A DNA stretch of 64,000 nt from Lobosporangium transversale. Lineage: Eukaryota. A model generated the notes under the pieces. That model searched no databases and was not told where the DNA came from. It saw only the letters and a program-made list of their open reading frames with translations. The DNA lies in the NCBI RefSeq assembly GCF_002105155.1, contig NW_019029000.1:558001-622000 (forward strand), written 5' to 3'. Below, one piece after another: positions 1 to 13,243 of the stretch. Within the stretch, counting starts at the first letter, position 1. Every line of letters starts with the position of its first letter. The position numbers and the translations under genes are program-made.

Positions 1-356
1 ATATGGCAAAACTACCATCATGATCTAATTATTGTTGCCAAGCTATATTTTATTCCTGTACAGTTGACTTATATTAACCAGGACCTATTGAACCTGTGTG
101 TTCACAAACGGCCAACATTAACAGAGACTATGTGAATACATAAAGAGATCAATATAACCTAATCCCCTCTTGTTGGAATAAATAAGATCAGCCATATCGA
201 TATAATCACGTATCTCAGGGAGGAGAGCTGGCATAATATGGAAAACACTGTTCGATTCACTGCTAGATGAAATAATCCAAATGAGCGTAAAGACGGTCTT
301 AAGTAACCAAAGGATTGTTTTTTTCTTCTTGCTTGGATATCTCTATCGGCCTCTAG

Positions 357-805
357 AGCTAATTGACTCCTGCATTGGCTCCAAGATCTGGGTTATCATG
401 AAGTCAGAGAAGGAGTTTACTGGCACGCTCAAGCTCTTTGACGATTATGTCAACATGGTTCTGGAAGATGTTACAGAATAGTAAGTGATGGTGGAGAACT
501 GTAAGATGTACAGGAATTAACAAAAGAAGCATTATCAATTGACCGAGGTTTCTCATCTTGACACTTTGGACGCCCTTGTCGCTTGTAACCAATCGGATTC
601 ATTTTAGTGAGAACACACCAGAAGGAATGAAAACTACAAAGTTGGAACAGATCCTCTTGAACGGCAACCATATTTGCATGGTAAAAAAAAAGGGAAAAAA
701 AAGCCCCCCTTTCATTTTGTTTTATAATGCCATCCATATTAACTTTTTGTGTGTAAATTTTATCTTTGCGCATAGTTGATTCCTGGTGGAGAAGGCCCTC
801 AGTAG
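357..805 (+). CDS. LSM5: U6 snRNA-associated Sm-like protein LSm5 (exons ~357-480, 608-680, 776-805; first exon/start not identified)
   Basis: Spliced translation [75 protein letters not shown] has the Sm1/Sm2 motifs typical of LSm5. GT-AG introns at 481-607 and 681-775. Confidence 0.9.
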
Positions 806-896
806 AAAACGTGTTTTATAAAATTAAAATCATACAAAATTTGTACATGAAATGAAAATGCTTTATTTAAATATTTAATCTATTAATCACCTATTG

Positions 897-1193
897 TTAC
901 TCAACAATTTGAAGTTCCTGCGTACGACCAGCAGCATACTTGTCTTTATAACGATCCCAGATACCCAAAAGTGCATCAATATACTTCTTTTGCAATTCTT
1001 TGAGTTGCTCTTCCGTAGGTGAACCTTCAACTTTCTCGACATGGATAGGTTTTCCAATTACAATGTGAACAGGTTTCCTCCTTGGAAGGACTCCAAATTC
1101 ATCTGTGAAGGTGAGAAAAAAAAAAAAAAAAAAAAAATAGCTTAGATAAATTCCCATGCATATACTGGAATCACTCAAAGTCGTATGGTCATG

Positions 1194-1228
<35 letters not shown>

Positions 1229-2270
1229 GAATAATGTAAAAACTTACAGTTAAAGACACCACGACCATTAAACAAGGGCATTGTCCAACCCAGGACCCTC
1301 TTCATCGCTTGTTGAACTTTGTAAGTTTTGCTCTTGTTGTCGGCACCGTAGAGTTCATACAAGTCATTTTCACCAAATGCCAAAGTTGGAACTAAACTTG
1401 CTCTGCATGCGCCAAAAATAAAATAAAAAAAATGAAACATGTCCAAAATTAGCAATCGTGAGAAGTAACAAAAAAAAAAAAAAAAAAAAAAAAAAACAGC
1501 TTGATCGAGTAATTTACCCGTTAACTAAAGCTAGCTTAATAAAGCCCAGTCGCTTTTTGAGGGTCAGATCTATTGTTCCAGGCTTAGCAGCCAATGACTC
1601 TTGAGCACCACCAACCACAATCGCGATCGAGCTTCCCGGACCCATCTTTAAGATGTTTTCACATGATCCCTTTGAGACCGAGGCCAAACCAAGTGCCATG
1701 ATCATGTCGCGATAGATTGGAAAAGTAAAGTTGGTTTGCAGTGTCAACAGACGGATGTTGATCCCAGGAAATCGTTTCGAAAAGTTGAGTGCTTCACTTC
1801 CAAAGGTGGCAATCGCACCCAATGAAATGATTCCATGAGGATGGTACCCAAAAATGTAGTTTTTAGATGGATCTAAATCACTTTCCTATTAATACACAAT
1901 GATAAAATAGGACAATAAGCAACAAACCGGTGATGCTGAAAAGAAAAAAGCATTGTGATGCAATAATTCTTTGTACGACAAGAATGTAAGAATTTATTAC
2001 GTTGATCAAAGTCATCGGGAAGAACTCAGCATAGTGTCGCCAGATAGGCAATCTCCTAGCCCAATCGAAACATCTGCCGCCTTCTTCGGGCGCACGGTCG
2101 AACATCAAAATCCAGAGGAGGTAGATGATAATCAATGGCCATAAATATTTGATAGTGCACAAGTAAAAGAAGAGCGTCGTACAGGTCGCCAAAGCCGTCA
2201 TCCAGAATAAGACCGCTGCTGTCTGAAGCCTCCGTTTGATGGGAAGGCTTATTGGTGCAAAGATTGGCAT
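897..2270 (-). CDS. DGAT2: Diacylglycerol O-acyltransferase 2 (4 exons)
   Basis: MPIFAPISLPIKRRLQT start, FFP, GYHPHG active-site motif, GGAQESL, RLGFIKLA, LVPTLAFGENDLY and PIHIVIGKPI-type motifs distributed over ORF pieces separated by GT-AG introns. Confidence 0.93.
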
Positions 2271-3347
2271 TTTGCTATGACTATCATTCATTTTATCCTT
2301 ATTCTTGATTTTACTGCCTTGATTTACACTATGTTGGTCTCTAAATGTTATGTTGTATCAAATTGTATGGAAGAAACTGAGGGTGAATGAGTGAATGAGA
2401 TGTTTGGGAGGAATGAGAAAGAATGAGTGGAAGAATGAGAGAAGAGAGAAAGAAGAGAAGGCTAAGTAGGAAGATATTCTGCCATGACACTCTTTATGAA
2501 TATTTATATACGAGTCCAAGAACTCAATGAGGTCAGTGTGTTTGTGTTGCAATATCATTGACACCCCCCAAATCAGAGAGTCCAGTAGATCGGATCACCA
2601 AAACGAATAAATTGTTTTCCCTTTTGGACAGGTGACTCCGTCTGTGAATGAGCTGCCGGCGGGACTGCATGTGAAAGACAGTAAGGGCTCCAAATGCAAA
2701 CTATCTCCGTTCAAATCCTATCGATCGAGAAGCTGCTGTGGTTTGCTGACCAAGGATTTGATTGATGTATTTGTTCGTCCTTAAATAGATAATAAGATTA
2801 TTTTATTTTATTTCATCTTTAATTAGCTATCGCACACTTTTTCTTGGCATGAATGACAAAAAAGCAAGGGCAATATCAGTGAATCAATTAAGCCTCTTGC
2901 ATGTGTGCTGAAGATGCTGATCCAATCTAAATAAACGTCTTTAGACTGCTGAACCTTTCACTGTTTTAGTCTTTACTTTCTTTAACATTATCTAGTTGTG
3001 ACATTAGTTAAAGGATCATGTAGAGGAGCAGTTTCAGCTCAGAATAAGAAACAATGACCAAGAGATTGAACGCATTGAACACTCAGAGATGGATATGGAC
3101 AAGTGTTTGCAAATCAGCAGAAACAAGAGACTGGAGCATGATCTGGCCAATCAAAAAATAGACCATATCAGAGCACGGGCCGGACAATTTTTTTTGCTTT
3201 ATTCTCTAAATTTGATTTCCGGTGATATTAATACTCAAATCCTTTTTGACTCTTCTCCCCTGATTGTTGATCAATCGTCTAAAGAGGGTTTTTTCCCCTT
3301 CTTCTCTCTGCCCTTTTATTTTTTTTATTATTATTATTTTCTTTTTT

Positions 3348-5881
3348 TTATAGGATCATGCTTTCGGGGTTTTCAACATAATGTGACAAACGCCCCAAGA
3401 AACGGCCAGCAACCTCATTGTCAACAACACGCTCGTCAATACTCAAAGTCACACTAACGACCTGCGACTGCTCCAGCGATGGGCGCAAACGACGCAGGAC
3501 CTCGTCCCCTAATGCGGACTCAGATGTTGAGGTTGACTTTTTCTTCAAAGGCGCATTTCCGCCCAAAAAGTCAATGAGGTCAAGATCATCCTTGGCTTTC
3601 TTGGATGCTGTTGATCCTAATGCTGACACTGATGCTGACGTTGGTGTACTCTTTTTGCTACCTCCCTGTCCTCCCAAGAATTCAAAAACTTCCGAGTCGC
3701 TCAGGAGCTCAGTTGTCTCTTCAACAGCTGCAGGCTTGAACACTGTGCGTGCACCACCAACAGCCAAGATACAGGCCTGAGGAGGGTTAATAATGGCGGT
3801 AAAGTTGCTGACACCAAACATTCCCAAGTTGGAGATACTAAATCAATAAATAACATTAAAAAGGTAACAATAAAAAAATCCGATCAGTTTTCCAATTTTA
3901 ACAGTACTATACAACATGGCATTAAGTTTCATATACCATACCTGAAAGACCCGCCTTGATATTCTTCAGGCTTGAGCTTGTTTTTCTTTGCCTTCTCAGC
4001 CAGCTCCTTTACGACCAAAGAGACTGACTGGACACCGCGCGAATCAGCGCCCTTGACGATAGGAGTGATCAATCCTGTGGGTGTAGCAACCGCAACAGAA
4101 ATATCGATGTCTTTCAGCTGCTTTGCGTTGTCGCCAGTTGTAAACTGAACATTCGATTCCGGCACATCACGCAGAGCCAAAGAAGCAGCCTTGATCAAGA
4201 AATCATTAACAGAGACTTTGACATCAAGTTCATCTATTAATTTCAAAGCCAAAAAAAGAAAAAAAAAGAAAAAAGAAAATTAAAAAACAAAGCTCCTCAA
4301 ATTTAAAGAATTAGGCGCTTTGATCAACTACAGAATAACAGGGCTTACCAGCCAGAAGACGACGCAACTTCATCATGTTATCGATAACAATATCGCGCGT
4401 AACATAGGAATGAGGCACAGTGGACTTGGATTCGCTCAACCGGGACGCAATGACCTTGCGCATATTAGAAACAGAGGAGTCAGTGAAGCTGGATTCAGAT
4501 GTCTTCGAGGGGCTGGCTGGGGCGGAAGCAGGGGCGGGTTTTGAGGCTGGAGGAAGAGTCTTTGGTTGAGGGATAGTGGGCTCAGGCGCAGGTCTAGGCT
4601 TGATCTTGCCCAGGAAAGCAAGCACATCACCCTTCAACACGCGTCCTTTGGGTCCGGTCGAAGGGATTTTTGTGACATCAGTTATATGGTTTTGAAGGAG
4701 CAAATGGGCTACAGCAGGGGAGAGAAGATTTGATGATGGAGCTGAGGATGTTTGCTGAGCTTGCTGAACTTGCTGAGATTCTTGTTGCTTGGTGGCTACG
4801 AGATCATATACCCAAAAAAAAAAAAGAAAAAAAAAAACCATTGAAATTAGAAATCTCTGGTCAAGCATTATTTTTAACAGACAGATTCCAGCCTTGTTCC
4901 TCAAAATTAGAGGTTCAAAATTCCTGCCATAAGCCCTGCTACTGTGAGCTGTATTTGAAATGTTTGTTCCGTTCTAAAACATCATCATATAAATAGTCAA
5001 AAGCAACCTTGGAAGCAAGTGTGCGAAATACGTTATTCCTCTCACCTGGTGCTTTTTCTTTTTTCTCCTCCTTCTCCTCCTTAGCAGGCGCAGTATCAGC
5101 CTTTGCTTTGGCCTTGGTCTTGGGAACTTCAACTTTAGATAGATCATCGCCTTCCTCTGCTAACAGCGCGATAATCTCATTGACAGAAACCTTAGATCCA
5201 TCTGGGTGCTAATATGTGATGATGTGAGGATGAAGACATTATATTAGCACTAATGAAAGTATGCAACGAATATCACAAATGTCACAACGACACGTGGGAA
5301 CGAGACCACAGGCTCATCAATTCATAATGAAATAAGCCCTTCTTGAAGAAATAATAATAATAAAAGCAATAATTGTAGTGAGAATGTAGGAAGAGGACAG
5401 ATAAAGCATTACGCACCAAGATCTTGGCGAGAATACCGTCATCGACAGCCTCAACATCCATGCCGGCCTTGTCAGTTTCGATCTCCAAAAGAACATCTCC
5501 AGCAGTGACAGCGTCGCCTATAAACAGTTTCGATTTCAAATGGAAACGTAAAAATTATGCGATCAGATCAGAATTGTCGCCACAGGCCCAAAAGCAAAGA
5601 AAATAAAAATATTTAAAAAAATCTTGTTCGACAGTTGCCGAAAAACGAGAAAATGGTCTCCCAACAAATGTTCATACGCAATTGCCTGATAGATCCATTA
5701 AAGCTTATGAGTAAACATTATAACGTGTCTGCTTACCCTCCTTCTTCTTCCATGCAGTGATAGTTCCCTCTGTCATGGTAGGTGATAGTGCAGGCATGGT
5801 TAGTGTAGTGGTCGCCTTCTGCACGGCAGCAGCATGAAAGTCTATGGTAACCGGATTTGGTCAAAAACAGGAAAAAAAAAA

Positions 5882-5913
<32 letters not shown>

Positions 5914-6087
5914 AGAAAAAGTTCGCCATGAAGAAAAATGCGTGAGCCAATGCAAAGAAGATCATGTCCATGGCTGCAGAATGGTGATGCTGACTGTTCT
6001 TGCTTTATTGTCGCATGTTATTAGAGTTGCCATACATTTGACACCGGCGACAGAGCGCAGGGCCATGGTCTTTGAGAGGTTGAGCAT
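3348..6087 (-). CDS. PDX1: Pyruvate dehydrogenase complex E3-binding protein (protein X), E2 paralogue, multi-exon
   Basis: Mitochondrial presequence ([15 protein letters not shown]), lipoyl domain ([18 protein letters not shown]), PSBD ([20 protein letters not shown]) and an acyltransferase-like C-domain in which the catalytic DHR reads DER (3429-3437). Confidence 0.85.
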
Positions 6088-6167
6088 GACGTCTGTTGAG
6101 CGTGAACAAAAGGAAACAGTAATGAAGGCAAAGACACGCAAGAAGAAAAAAAGAAAAATAAAAAAAA

Positions 6168-6206
<39 letters not shown>

Positions 6207-6952
6207 GTGTGGAGAGAAGACGTGGTTTGTTGGTGAGAATGTGAGAATGGAACACCTTGACACATTTTTTTTTTTCCCAACGTCAATATGTAAACACCGC
6301 GACCCATTGATGTGTATGCGATAATGATAATGATATGCTGATTATGAGAGAGCGGAGGACCAAACTGAAAATTATACTTTGACTCTGTGGACAAATATCG
6401 CCCCATCAAATCAACTTCATAGATCGGAGACTGCCGCGCAACTCTTCCCTCCACTGCTCTTACATGCCCGCCATGTCCACCAAAATGTTCTTGCTATAAA
6501 CGCTCCGATAACCACCGAAATAAAAAAATCCTTTTAACCTTTTAGCCTGAACATGGGATCCTACTCACAAAAGACGCGATGAAGCCATGAAGAGGGTTTT
6601 TACGGTGCTAGAAGGGACGCGGGCAATCAAAGTCAATCAAGATTTAAACATGTTTGACGCCCTGGCGGGCAACTACAGCAACTTCACCAAACTCGTTCAA
6701 CAATTTGCACGTCTTGTGCAGTAAAAAAAGGTATAGCAGAGCTTCTTCCAAGAGAGCATTAATTGCACTTCACATTTGGAGACACTATGACAAAAGCAAG
6801 CTCTTAATAAAAAAGCATACACAGCGTGTCCGTTATACCACGTGACTAACCGGCATTGAAAAAAAAACAATGAATTCCCAGGACAAAGAAAACGGTTGCC
6901 CTGTCAGCTTAAATTCCAACAAGGAACTAGATTTACAAAAAAATAAAAAAAA

Positions 6953-7585
6953 ATGCCCACTACGCCAACACAATCCCTTTCTGGAATTCAACAAAAAGAT
7001 GATGCTCGTGTGATTCCCATGTCTCGTCGTGCTGATGGCTCTGTTAGGAAAGAACGTAGAGTCCGCCCTGGATATGTCCCTCCTGAAGACGTTGCAAAAT
7101 ATTCCAACCGTGTTCTTGACGCCGCTCGTCCATCTGCTGCACCAAACTCATCATTATCATCATCATCACCTCTTACTACTATCTCTCCTGCTGCCGAGAC
7201 TCCAAAGTCGAAATCTCAGCTTAAAAACGAAAAGAGGAAAGCAAAACGTAAGGAAGAGCAGTCATCACCAATCAGTGCTTCTAACGTTTCAGTATCAGAC
7301 AGCCTATCGGCAAGTCCACCAAAACAAGCGGGAGCAGATCAAATCGCTACTGAGGCAACTACCACAAGCAATAGTACAGTACACGTGGTAGGCGTCACGA
7401 CCACGACAGAATCTTCTGTATCAATGGATCCTGAAAAGAAACTGCGTGCTCTGAACAAAAAGTTAAGACAGGCTGAACAATTGAAGGAGCGGATGGATAA
7501 GGGCGAAACGATGTTGCCAGAGCAATTGGAAAAGGTTTCAAAGATGGATGAACTACAGGCACAGATCGCGGAGCTCTCGATTTGA
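6953..7585 (+). CDS. PYM1: Partner of Y14 and Mago (PYM1/WIBG), exon junction complex disassembly factor
   Basis: N-terminal Mago-binding motif IPMSRRADGSVRKERRVRPGYVP and C-terminal KKLRALNKKLRQAEQLK..EQLEK motif. Single-exon 210-aa ORF. Confidence 0.88.
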   Translation: MPTTPTQSLSGIQQKDDARVIPMSRRADGSVRKERRVRPGYVPPEDVAKYSNRVLDAARPSAAPNSSLSSSSPLTTISPAAETPKSKSQLKNEKRKAKRKEEQSSPISASNVSVSDSLSASPPKQAGADQIATEATTTSNSTVHVVGVTTTTESSVSMDPEKKLRALNKKLRQAEQLKERMDKGETMLPEQLEKVSKMDELQAQIAELSI

Positions 7586-7763
7586 CGGAAGGACTTATTA
7601 CATTACATAACATAGAATTGTAGCATTTTTATACATTTTTATATATATTTACGAATGAATTGAAAAATACATTTAATATATATATATATATTTATATTGT
7701 TTATGGAGTCTATGGTATGATGCAAATAAATGTTTGAAATGCAAATATCGGATTGATATCCTT

Positions 7764-9842
7764 TTAAAAGTGCACAGGGTTCTCGATCTTTGATAAAAGT
7801 CGATAAAGGATAGAGTTGGATTGTGCAAGGTCAATCCACCACATGAAGAGATCCAGTGAAAGCGTTGTAAACATATAACTACAGTAAGATTCAATCCAGT
7901 AACGTACGATCCTTGTGGCCAGGCCAATCGTCAGTTTGGTTGTATTCAGATGCGTTTGGATTGACATCTTGTTCGATTCATAGATGGCATGTGCACAATA
8001 TTGTCCCATCACTGCAAATGTCCTCATCTGCGATCCATCATCCGCACCTAGATCCTCGTCCAGTGCACGAAGCAGATCATTGGTTTTGAATAGAAGCAAT
8101 AGCTCCCTAGGGACCCTTGCCAGAATCTGTGCAATCTCAGCAATTGCGTAACCAGTTCCATCTGCTAATGCGATCATCTCATCCTTGCCACGCGCCTTCT
8201 TAGTAAGCTGAGCATTTTTAACGACCGACCAGTCACGACCTGTAAGGATACTAGAGAACAGTTTGTAAGCCTCTGTTCCCCCAACCTTCAAAGCACGGTA
8301 CTTGATCTCCTTCTCGTCCGAAGCAATAATGGCAGTCCAGAGACGAGCATAGTTGAGCCTGAACTCTGGTGTAAGCTCGCGGTAAAGTCCATGGTCTAAC
8401 AAGATAATCTCAAAGTTACGAGGAGAGGGAGATCCAGTCGGTTTGGGTCGAATCAGGACATTACCAGGATGAGGATCACAATGTACAAACCCATCCTTGT
8501 AAATCATCTGCGAAAAGGTGCGGGCCATCTCATTTGACACCTCCGACACTTCAATGTTATGATCCTTAAGGTACTGCAAGTTATCGATCCTTGAACCATG
8601 AATGACTATTCTCGAGGGATAAAAAATTATATAACATGTCAGCTATGATTCGTTGCATATCACCACTTCTTGAAACTAAAGAGATGTATAGTCACTTACA
8701 TTCCATGACTAGCACTCGTTTCTTTGACCAAATGACCTCTGGGATTTTGATGGTTGATGGACTTCCTTCTGCACGAGCCTTGTAAAAGTTAGCATCAACC
8801 CGTGCCGCATTGGCAGCCTCGATGTTGAAATTCAGCTCTCTTGGTAGACTAGTCTCCATCTCATCGCTCAGCCACTTGAACTGAAAATCTGGAAAGATAT
8901 TCGCTACAACATTAGTAAGAAACGCAACGGTTTTGATGTCGATTGCCGAAAATTCTTGCAGTGCAGGATGCTGGATTTTGACCGCCACTTCCTGACCATC
9001 CAAGAGTCTAGCCCGGTGCACCTGAGCCAATGAAGCAACGCCGATAGGCTCTAGATCAAACGATGAAAAGAAGGCGGATAATGGTTGGCCTAGATCGTTC
9101 AAGAAAAGTCTCTGGACCGATTCAAAAGAAGATGGAGCACAGCGGTCCTGCAAGGGTTCCATTGCTGTTGTCCACTCATCCGGAAGCAGATATGTCATGC
9201 TGGCTAAGTGTTGTCCCTAATTAAATTTGGAATATAATCGGTAACTGTGAGTTTGTTTGTTTTTTTTTAAAACACCCCTCGATCAATATATCCTCCAAGA
9301 AAAACCAATGAACAAATCCTTACAAGTTTGATGTAAATGCCTCCGTTTCTCCTAAGCATTTCTCTTAATCGCACAGCACTCCGCGTATGAAGCTCACTCA
9401 TGTGACGTGCTCGCTCCGCCTCACCTTCTAGACTGCCCTTTCTAAAATTTTGATTGCGATCCAAGGTGTCCATGGTATATTTATAATCAATACCAACAAA
9501 AGTGACGGCTGCCCCTGCGATGGCCATTCTCTTCAAAGCCAGAACAACATGTCTGAATGGATCATTAACATTGTATAAAATTGCTCCTGTTGTCAATGCA
9601 ATGAGACATGCGGATGTTTTATTCCCTAAAGGGAAACGTTGACGAGCGATCCTTGGACTGGACGGGTTTGTGTGGCCAATACTCAAGGTTGTTCCTGCAG
9701 GAGAAGATACTATTGACTTGTATCGCAACTGTGTAAAGTGAAAACGAGGTCTGTGTAGAAATGTACTCCTACTCCATTGGGCCCTACATGAGGTGAAGAT
9801 GGGCATCGAAGCAGATGCGATGGATCTCATCGGCAACGGCAT
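7764..9842 (-). CDS. ABC1/UbiB-family atypical mitochondrial kinase (ADCK1/MCP2-like), 3 exons
   Basis: GGIYIKLGQH (split by an intron), ASLAQVH, VAVKIQHP, VHCDPHPGN and LLDHGLY motifs. Presequence-like N-terminus. Confidence 0.9.
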
Positions 9843-11431
9843 GGATGGAAGATGTGGGAGGAATCGGATCAGACGAATCGAAAAAGAAAAAACGAGGGCA
9901 GATCAGCCAACTTTAGTATAGTCCAAAATTCATCTGGTTTTCGTTGTCTGTGTAACACCTCAACCAACTTTGTCTATAATTCAGGGCACCATTCCAACCT
10001 TGTACATGTTATCTTGGATAAAAGAGTTCCAACCAGTCGAGCTTTGACCTCAGTATTTATGCCAAAAGAAAAAGGAAAGGAAACTATCTCTTTCGAAGAA
10101 TAAAGCATATTGTAGTGATAGGCACTTGTGGCTGTTTCACTGAAGGAAGTGTATGTAAGACCGTGTATTATCATCTGTGAGAAGGACCACCTTGATAGGT
10201 TGGCTTTAGATATGTCTTACGGAGTCTTCTTGGCAGTGAGAACTACCTAATTGCGCGTGATATCTGGAGGAACTATCAAGGGAATTTGAGTAGACTTTTG
10301 GCTATAAAGCTATTCACTTTTAGTGAATGGGGACAGGTTAGAAAGCTCCTCAGGTTTATGGTATCATGTGTATTGCTCACAATAAAAGTGCTGGAATGTT
10401 TTTTACTAGGCATATGTGCGTGATTTTCAAGCCTTTCTTTACATTCACTGCATGTACTTTACCATGAAAATAAGGCGGAGATACTTCTCGGCAACATGAA
10501 TCCTTTCCTCCGTTTTATAAAGCTCCAGGTGTTGTGTATTTTTAAAGGAGTAATTCTCAAATGAAAGTTTTTTTTTAAAGAATGTTCCCTTCAAAGAGGC
10601 TCAATATCATGCAATAAAAGAAAAAGGAAAGTATAAAGCCACTCTTGAACGAAAAGCAAAAGTTGACCTTGTTAAAGCAATTTAACAAGCATGTAAGGCA
10701 AGTTTATGCAAAAAAAAACATCAAATACTTTTATTGTGAGCACCGTATATTGCTTCGACATATTGTTATAAAAGGAAAAAAGGATCACAGATCCAAGCGA
10801 GAGAACGCATGTATGAATATGTAGTATACAAATAATGTAACGGTCAATACTGCTTTCTTAGGCCCCTCATCAAGCAGAAACGGCCAAATCGGCATCTCTC
10901 CCCTACATATTGATTAAGTATCGTGCTTTGTTTGGTTAGGTTCTTTTTCTCAATTGTCAATTGGTACGTGTAGCTTTGCTTACTGCAGCAAAAAAAAAAA
11001 AAAAAAAAAAAGCTGTAAAACGAGAGCAATTCTTTGAATGGATTCAACCTTGTTGCAGCCTGTGTGCGGGATTTACATGTTCGGGATGCCTTTTTTTCCT
11101 TGTTGGATTGGCTAAGAACACCATGAACCATATCTTTACTGCTTTGTTTATTTAATATGACTTTCTAAAATGAACTCGAACGATGTTGATCTGGTCTTCA
11201 TATATATCGTAATATTAATATTATATATATTGTTGTTATTGGTTTATTATTATTATATTATATATTAGGATTATTAGGATTATTAGGATTAATTAGGTCT
11301 ACTATAGGTCTATTATTCTATTATTCTATATATTACAATCTATTACTATTGTTACAATTATTATTATTATTTAGATGGTATGTCGTGTTGGTTGCGAGAG
11401 ACCGCAACACGGAGGTTGAAGGCAGAAGTGA

Positions 11432-13243
11432 TTATATTTTGAAGGGTATTAGGATAGGCTGAAGTGAATCGAGCCAAAGCTTTGAGCGCACTACAGCTCG
11501 GTTTGATGCTACCTTTGGTGCAGAGCTGACTTGAAGACATTCAGCTGAGTCGTTGGACGTATCAATCATGTTGTGATTGTGGGATCTTATCTTTACTTGC
11601 TGAGCAGTAAAAGGCTGAGTCGAATCGGGATAGAGTTGTCGTTGAACATGTTCATTGTCCGAATGTGAGATCAAATGAGATGTCGTAATTGTAGCTTGTG
11701 TTCGCGTCTCTGTCTGTTGGCCTGTTCCTAGCTCCGTTGGTACTTCTGGAGTACTGGAGAACTTTGAGTTATAGACTACCCCTTGTTCTTTTGCGGGATT
11801 ACTGTCGTACAACGCGCATGTACCCCAGTTCTTGTTATCATTGTTATTGTTGCCAATGCGGCTAGTACTACAGATGCCTTTTTGTTTGTCCATTTGTGAA
11901 TTGCTCATCTTATTGTTGTTGTTGTTGTTGTTGTTGTCCATTTGTCCCGCACTGCATGGGTGGAAAGGAAAGTTTGACTGGATAATTTCATCTTTCTTAA
12001 CCTTGTTCGTTGCATGCATGCTGCATTGCCCCATTCCTGTCTCCTGAATGGTACAGGACGAGGTCACATGAGCATCGAGGACAGGGGCACGGGTTGGGAC
12101 AGGGGCATTAGGACGGGCAAGAATAGGCTCAGTGACAATGGTAGAGATAGGGACAGGGACATCAGGGACAGAAACAGAAACAGGAGAATCGGCAGAAGTA
12201 TGAACAGAGTTATGGACGGGGGCAACATTAGGAGTTGAGTTGGACCTATCAGGGGTATTTCCCTGCAGATTTTGAACTGCAAGCTTGAATCGCTCAGACG
12301 TGAAACTGAACCTTGTTGACAAGCTTGACTCCGGCTCCTGTTCTTTTGTGACACTATTCGACGAAGGGACAGTGCATGGTGTAACAGCTGCTGCGACATC
12401 TTTATTCTTGATACGGAACCCTGGTGATCGACATCTGGGATCAAGAATTTCTTGAGGGATTGAAATGCTAGCAGGGACAGATCCAGACCTTGATGCCATG
12501 GACATCGATCTTTGTGGTGGAAATGGTGATGCTGTTGCTGTTGCTGCTGCTGATTGAGTTCTTTGAATCGGCATGGACCTTGACCTTTGCAGAAAAGCTC
12601 TTGGAGGTACATCGACAACGACCTCATCCAACCACCTACGCACTCTGCTTTCTGCAACATGATGTCTCAGGGATGTTCCGAGCTGCTCATGCCATCTTCG
12701 TCCATCCACCTGATAAACCTCCATAGTCTCTTCATCTCGGCAGTAAACTTGCTCTGCATACCACTCACCACAGACATAGCAAGGGGCCATTCCTGAATGG
12801 TCCTCTACTTTTCCGTCAGGTGAGCAAAAACAACCCTGAACAAGATCGCAGCCGCATGGCTCTTCTTGTAGGGATCTCAAAATATCGATCAAAAAGCCCA
12901 TAGCCTGAGCGCGTGTTGAAAATCGGAGCATGTCGCAGGTCTCATTATGGCTAGTGGGTTCTGAAGAGGAAGGGTGGCAACTGCAAATTTGCTTCTGGAG
13001 CAGGCGATGCTGACGACTTGTGTTGAGAGCCGATCGTAAATGTGATGAGGATGAAGAATATGATTGTGTAAAAGTTGAACAAGGGGATGATGGTGGTGAT
13101 GGATATGGATAATATGTAGATGCTGATGATATCGAGCAGGATTTGTAGGATGTGAGAATATGAGGAATGTTGTCGAGCGCATAGGCCAAGTCCTGTCGGT
13201 TGCGCCAGGTTGGCAGATGTGCGAAATATGGGTTTCTGGACAT
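11432..13243 (-). CDS. Hypothetical 603-aa protein: Cys-rich N-terminal third, low-complexity S/P/N-rich remainder
   Basis: Uninterrupted 1.8-kb ORF with ATG start, flanked by AT-rich non-coding DNA. No family recognised. Confidence 0.65.
   Translation of the reverse strand: MSRNPYFAHLPTWRNRQDLAYALDNIPHILTSYKSCSISSASTYYPYPSPPSSPCSTFTQSYSSSSSHLRSALNTSRQHRLLQKQICSCHPSSSEPTSHNETCDMLRFSTRAQAMGFLIDILRSLQEEPCGCDLVQGCFCSPDGKVEDHSGMAPCYVCGEWYAEQVYCRDEETMEVYQVDGRRWHEQLGTSLRHHVAESRVRRWLDEVVVDVPPRAFLQRSRSMPIQRTQSAAATATASPFPPQRSMSMASRSGSVPASISIPQEILDPRCRSPGFRIKNKDVAAAVTPCTVPSSNSVTKEQEPESSLSTRFSFTSERFKLAVQNLQGNTPDRSNSTPNVAPVHNSVHTSADSPVSVSVPDVPVPISTIVTEPILARPNAPVPTRAPVLDAHVTSSCTIQETGMGQCSMHATNKVKKDEIIQSNFPFHPCSAGQMDNNNNNNNNKMSNSQMDKQKGICSTSRIGNNNNDNKNWGTCALYDSNPAKEQGVVYNSKFSSTPEVPTELGTGQQTETRTQATITTSHLISHSDNEHVQRQLYPDSTQPFTAQQVKIRSHNHNMIDTSNDSAECLQVSSAPKVASNRAVVRSKLWLDSLQPILIPFKI

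Noticed and set aside
5834..6454. Many 60-150 aa ORFs rich in poly-K or poly-F (also ~13331-13736, 22756-23192, 29187-29463, 39110-40618, 45829-46176)
   Set aside because: They are translations of intronic or UTR poly(A)/poly(T) tracts and show no protein-like composition.
6587..6724. 45-codon ORF upstream of PYM1
   Set aside because: Short, with no recognisable motif. It cannot be distinguished from chance without conservation or ribosome-profiling data.
11260..11300. TTAGGATTA tandem repeats resembling telomeric TTAGGG
   Set aside because: Only 3-4 imperfect 9-bp units in an AT-rich 3' region, so a simple repeat.
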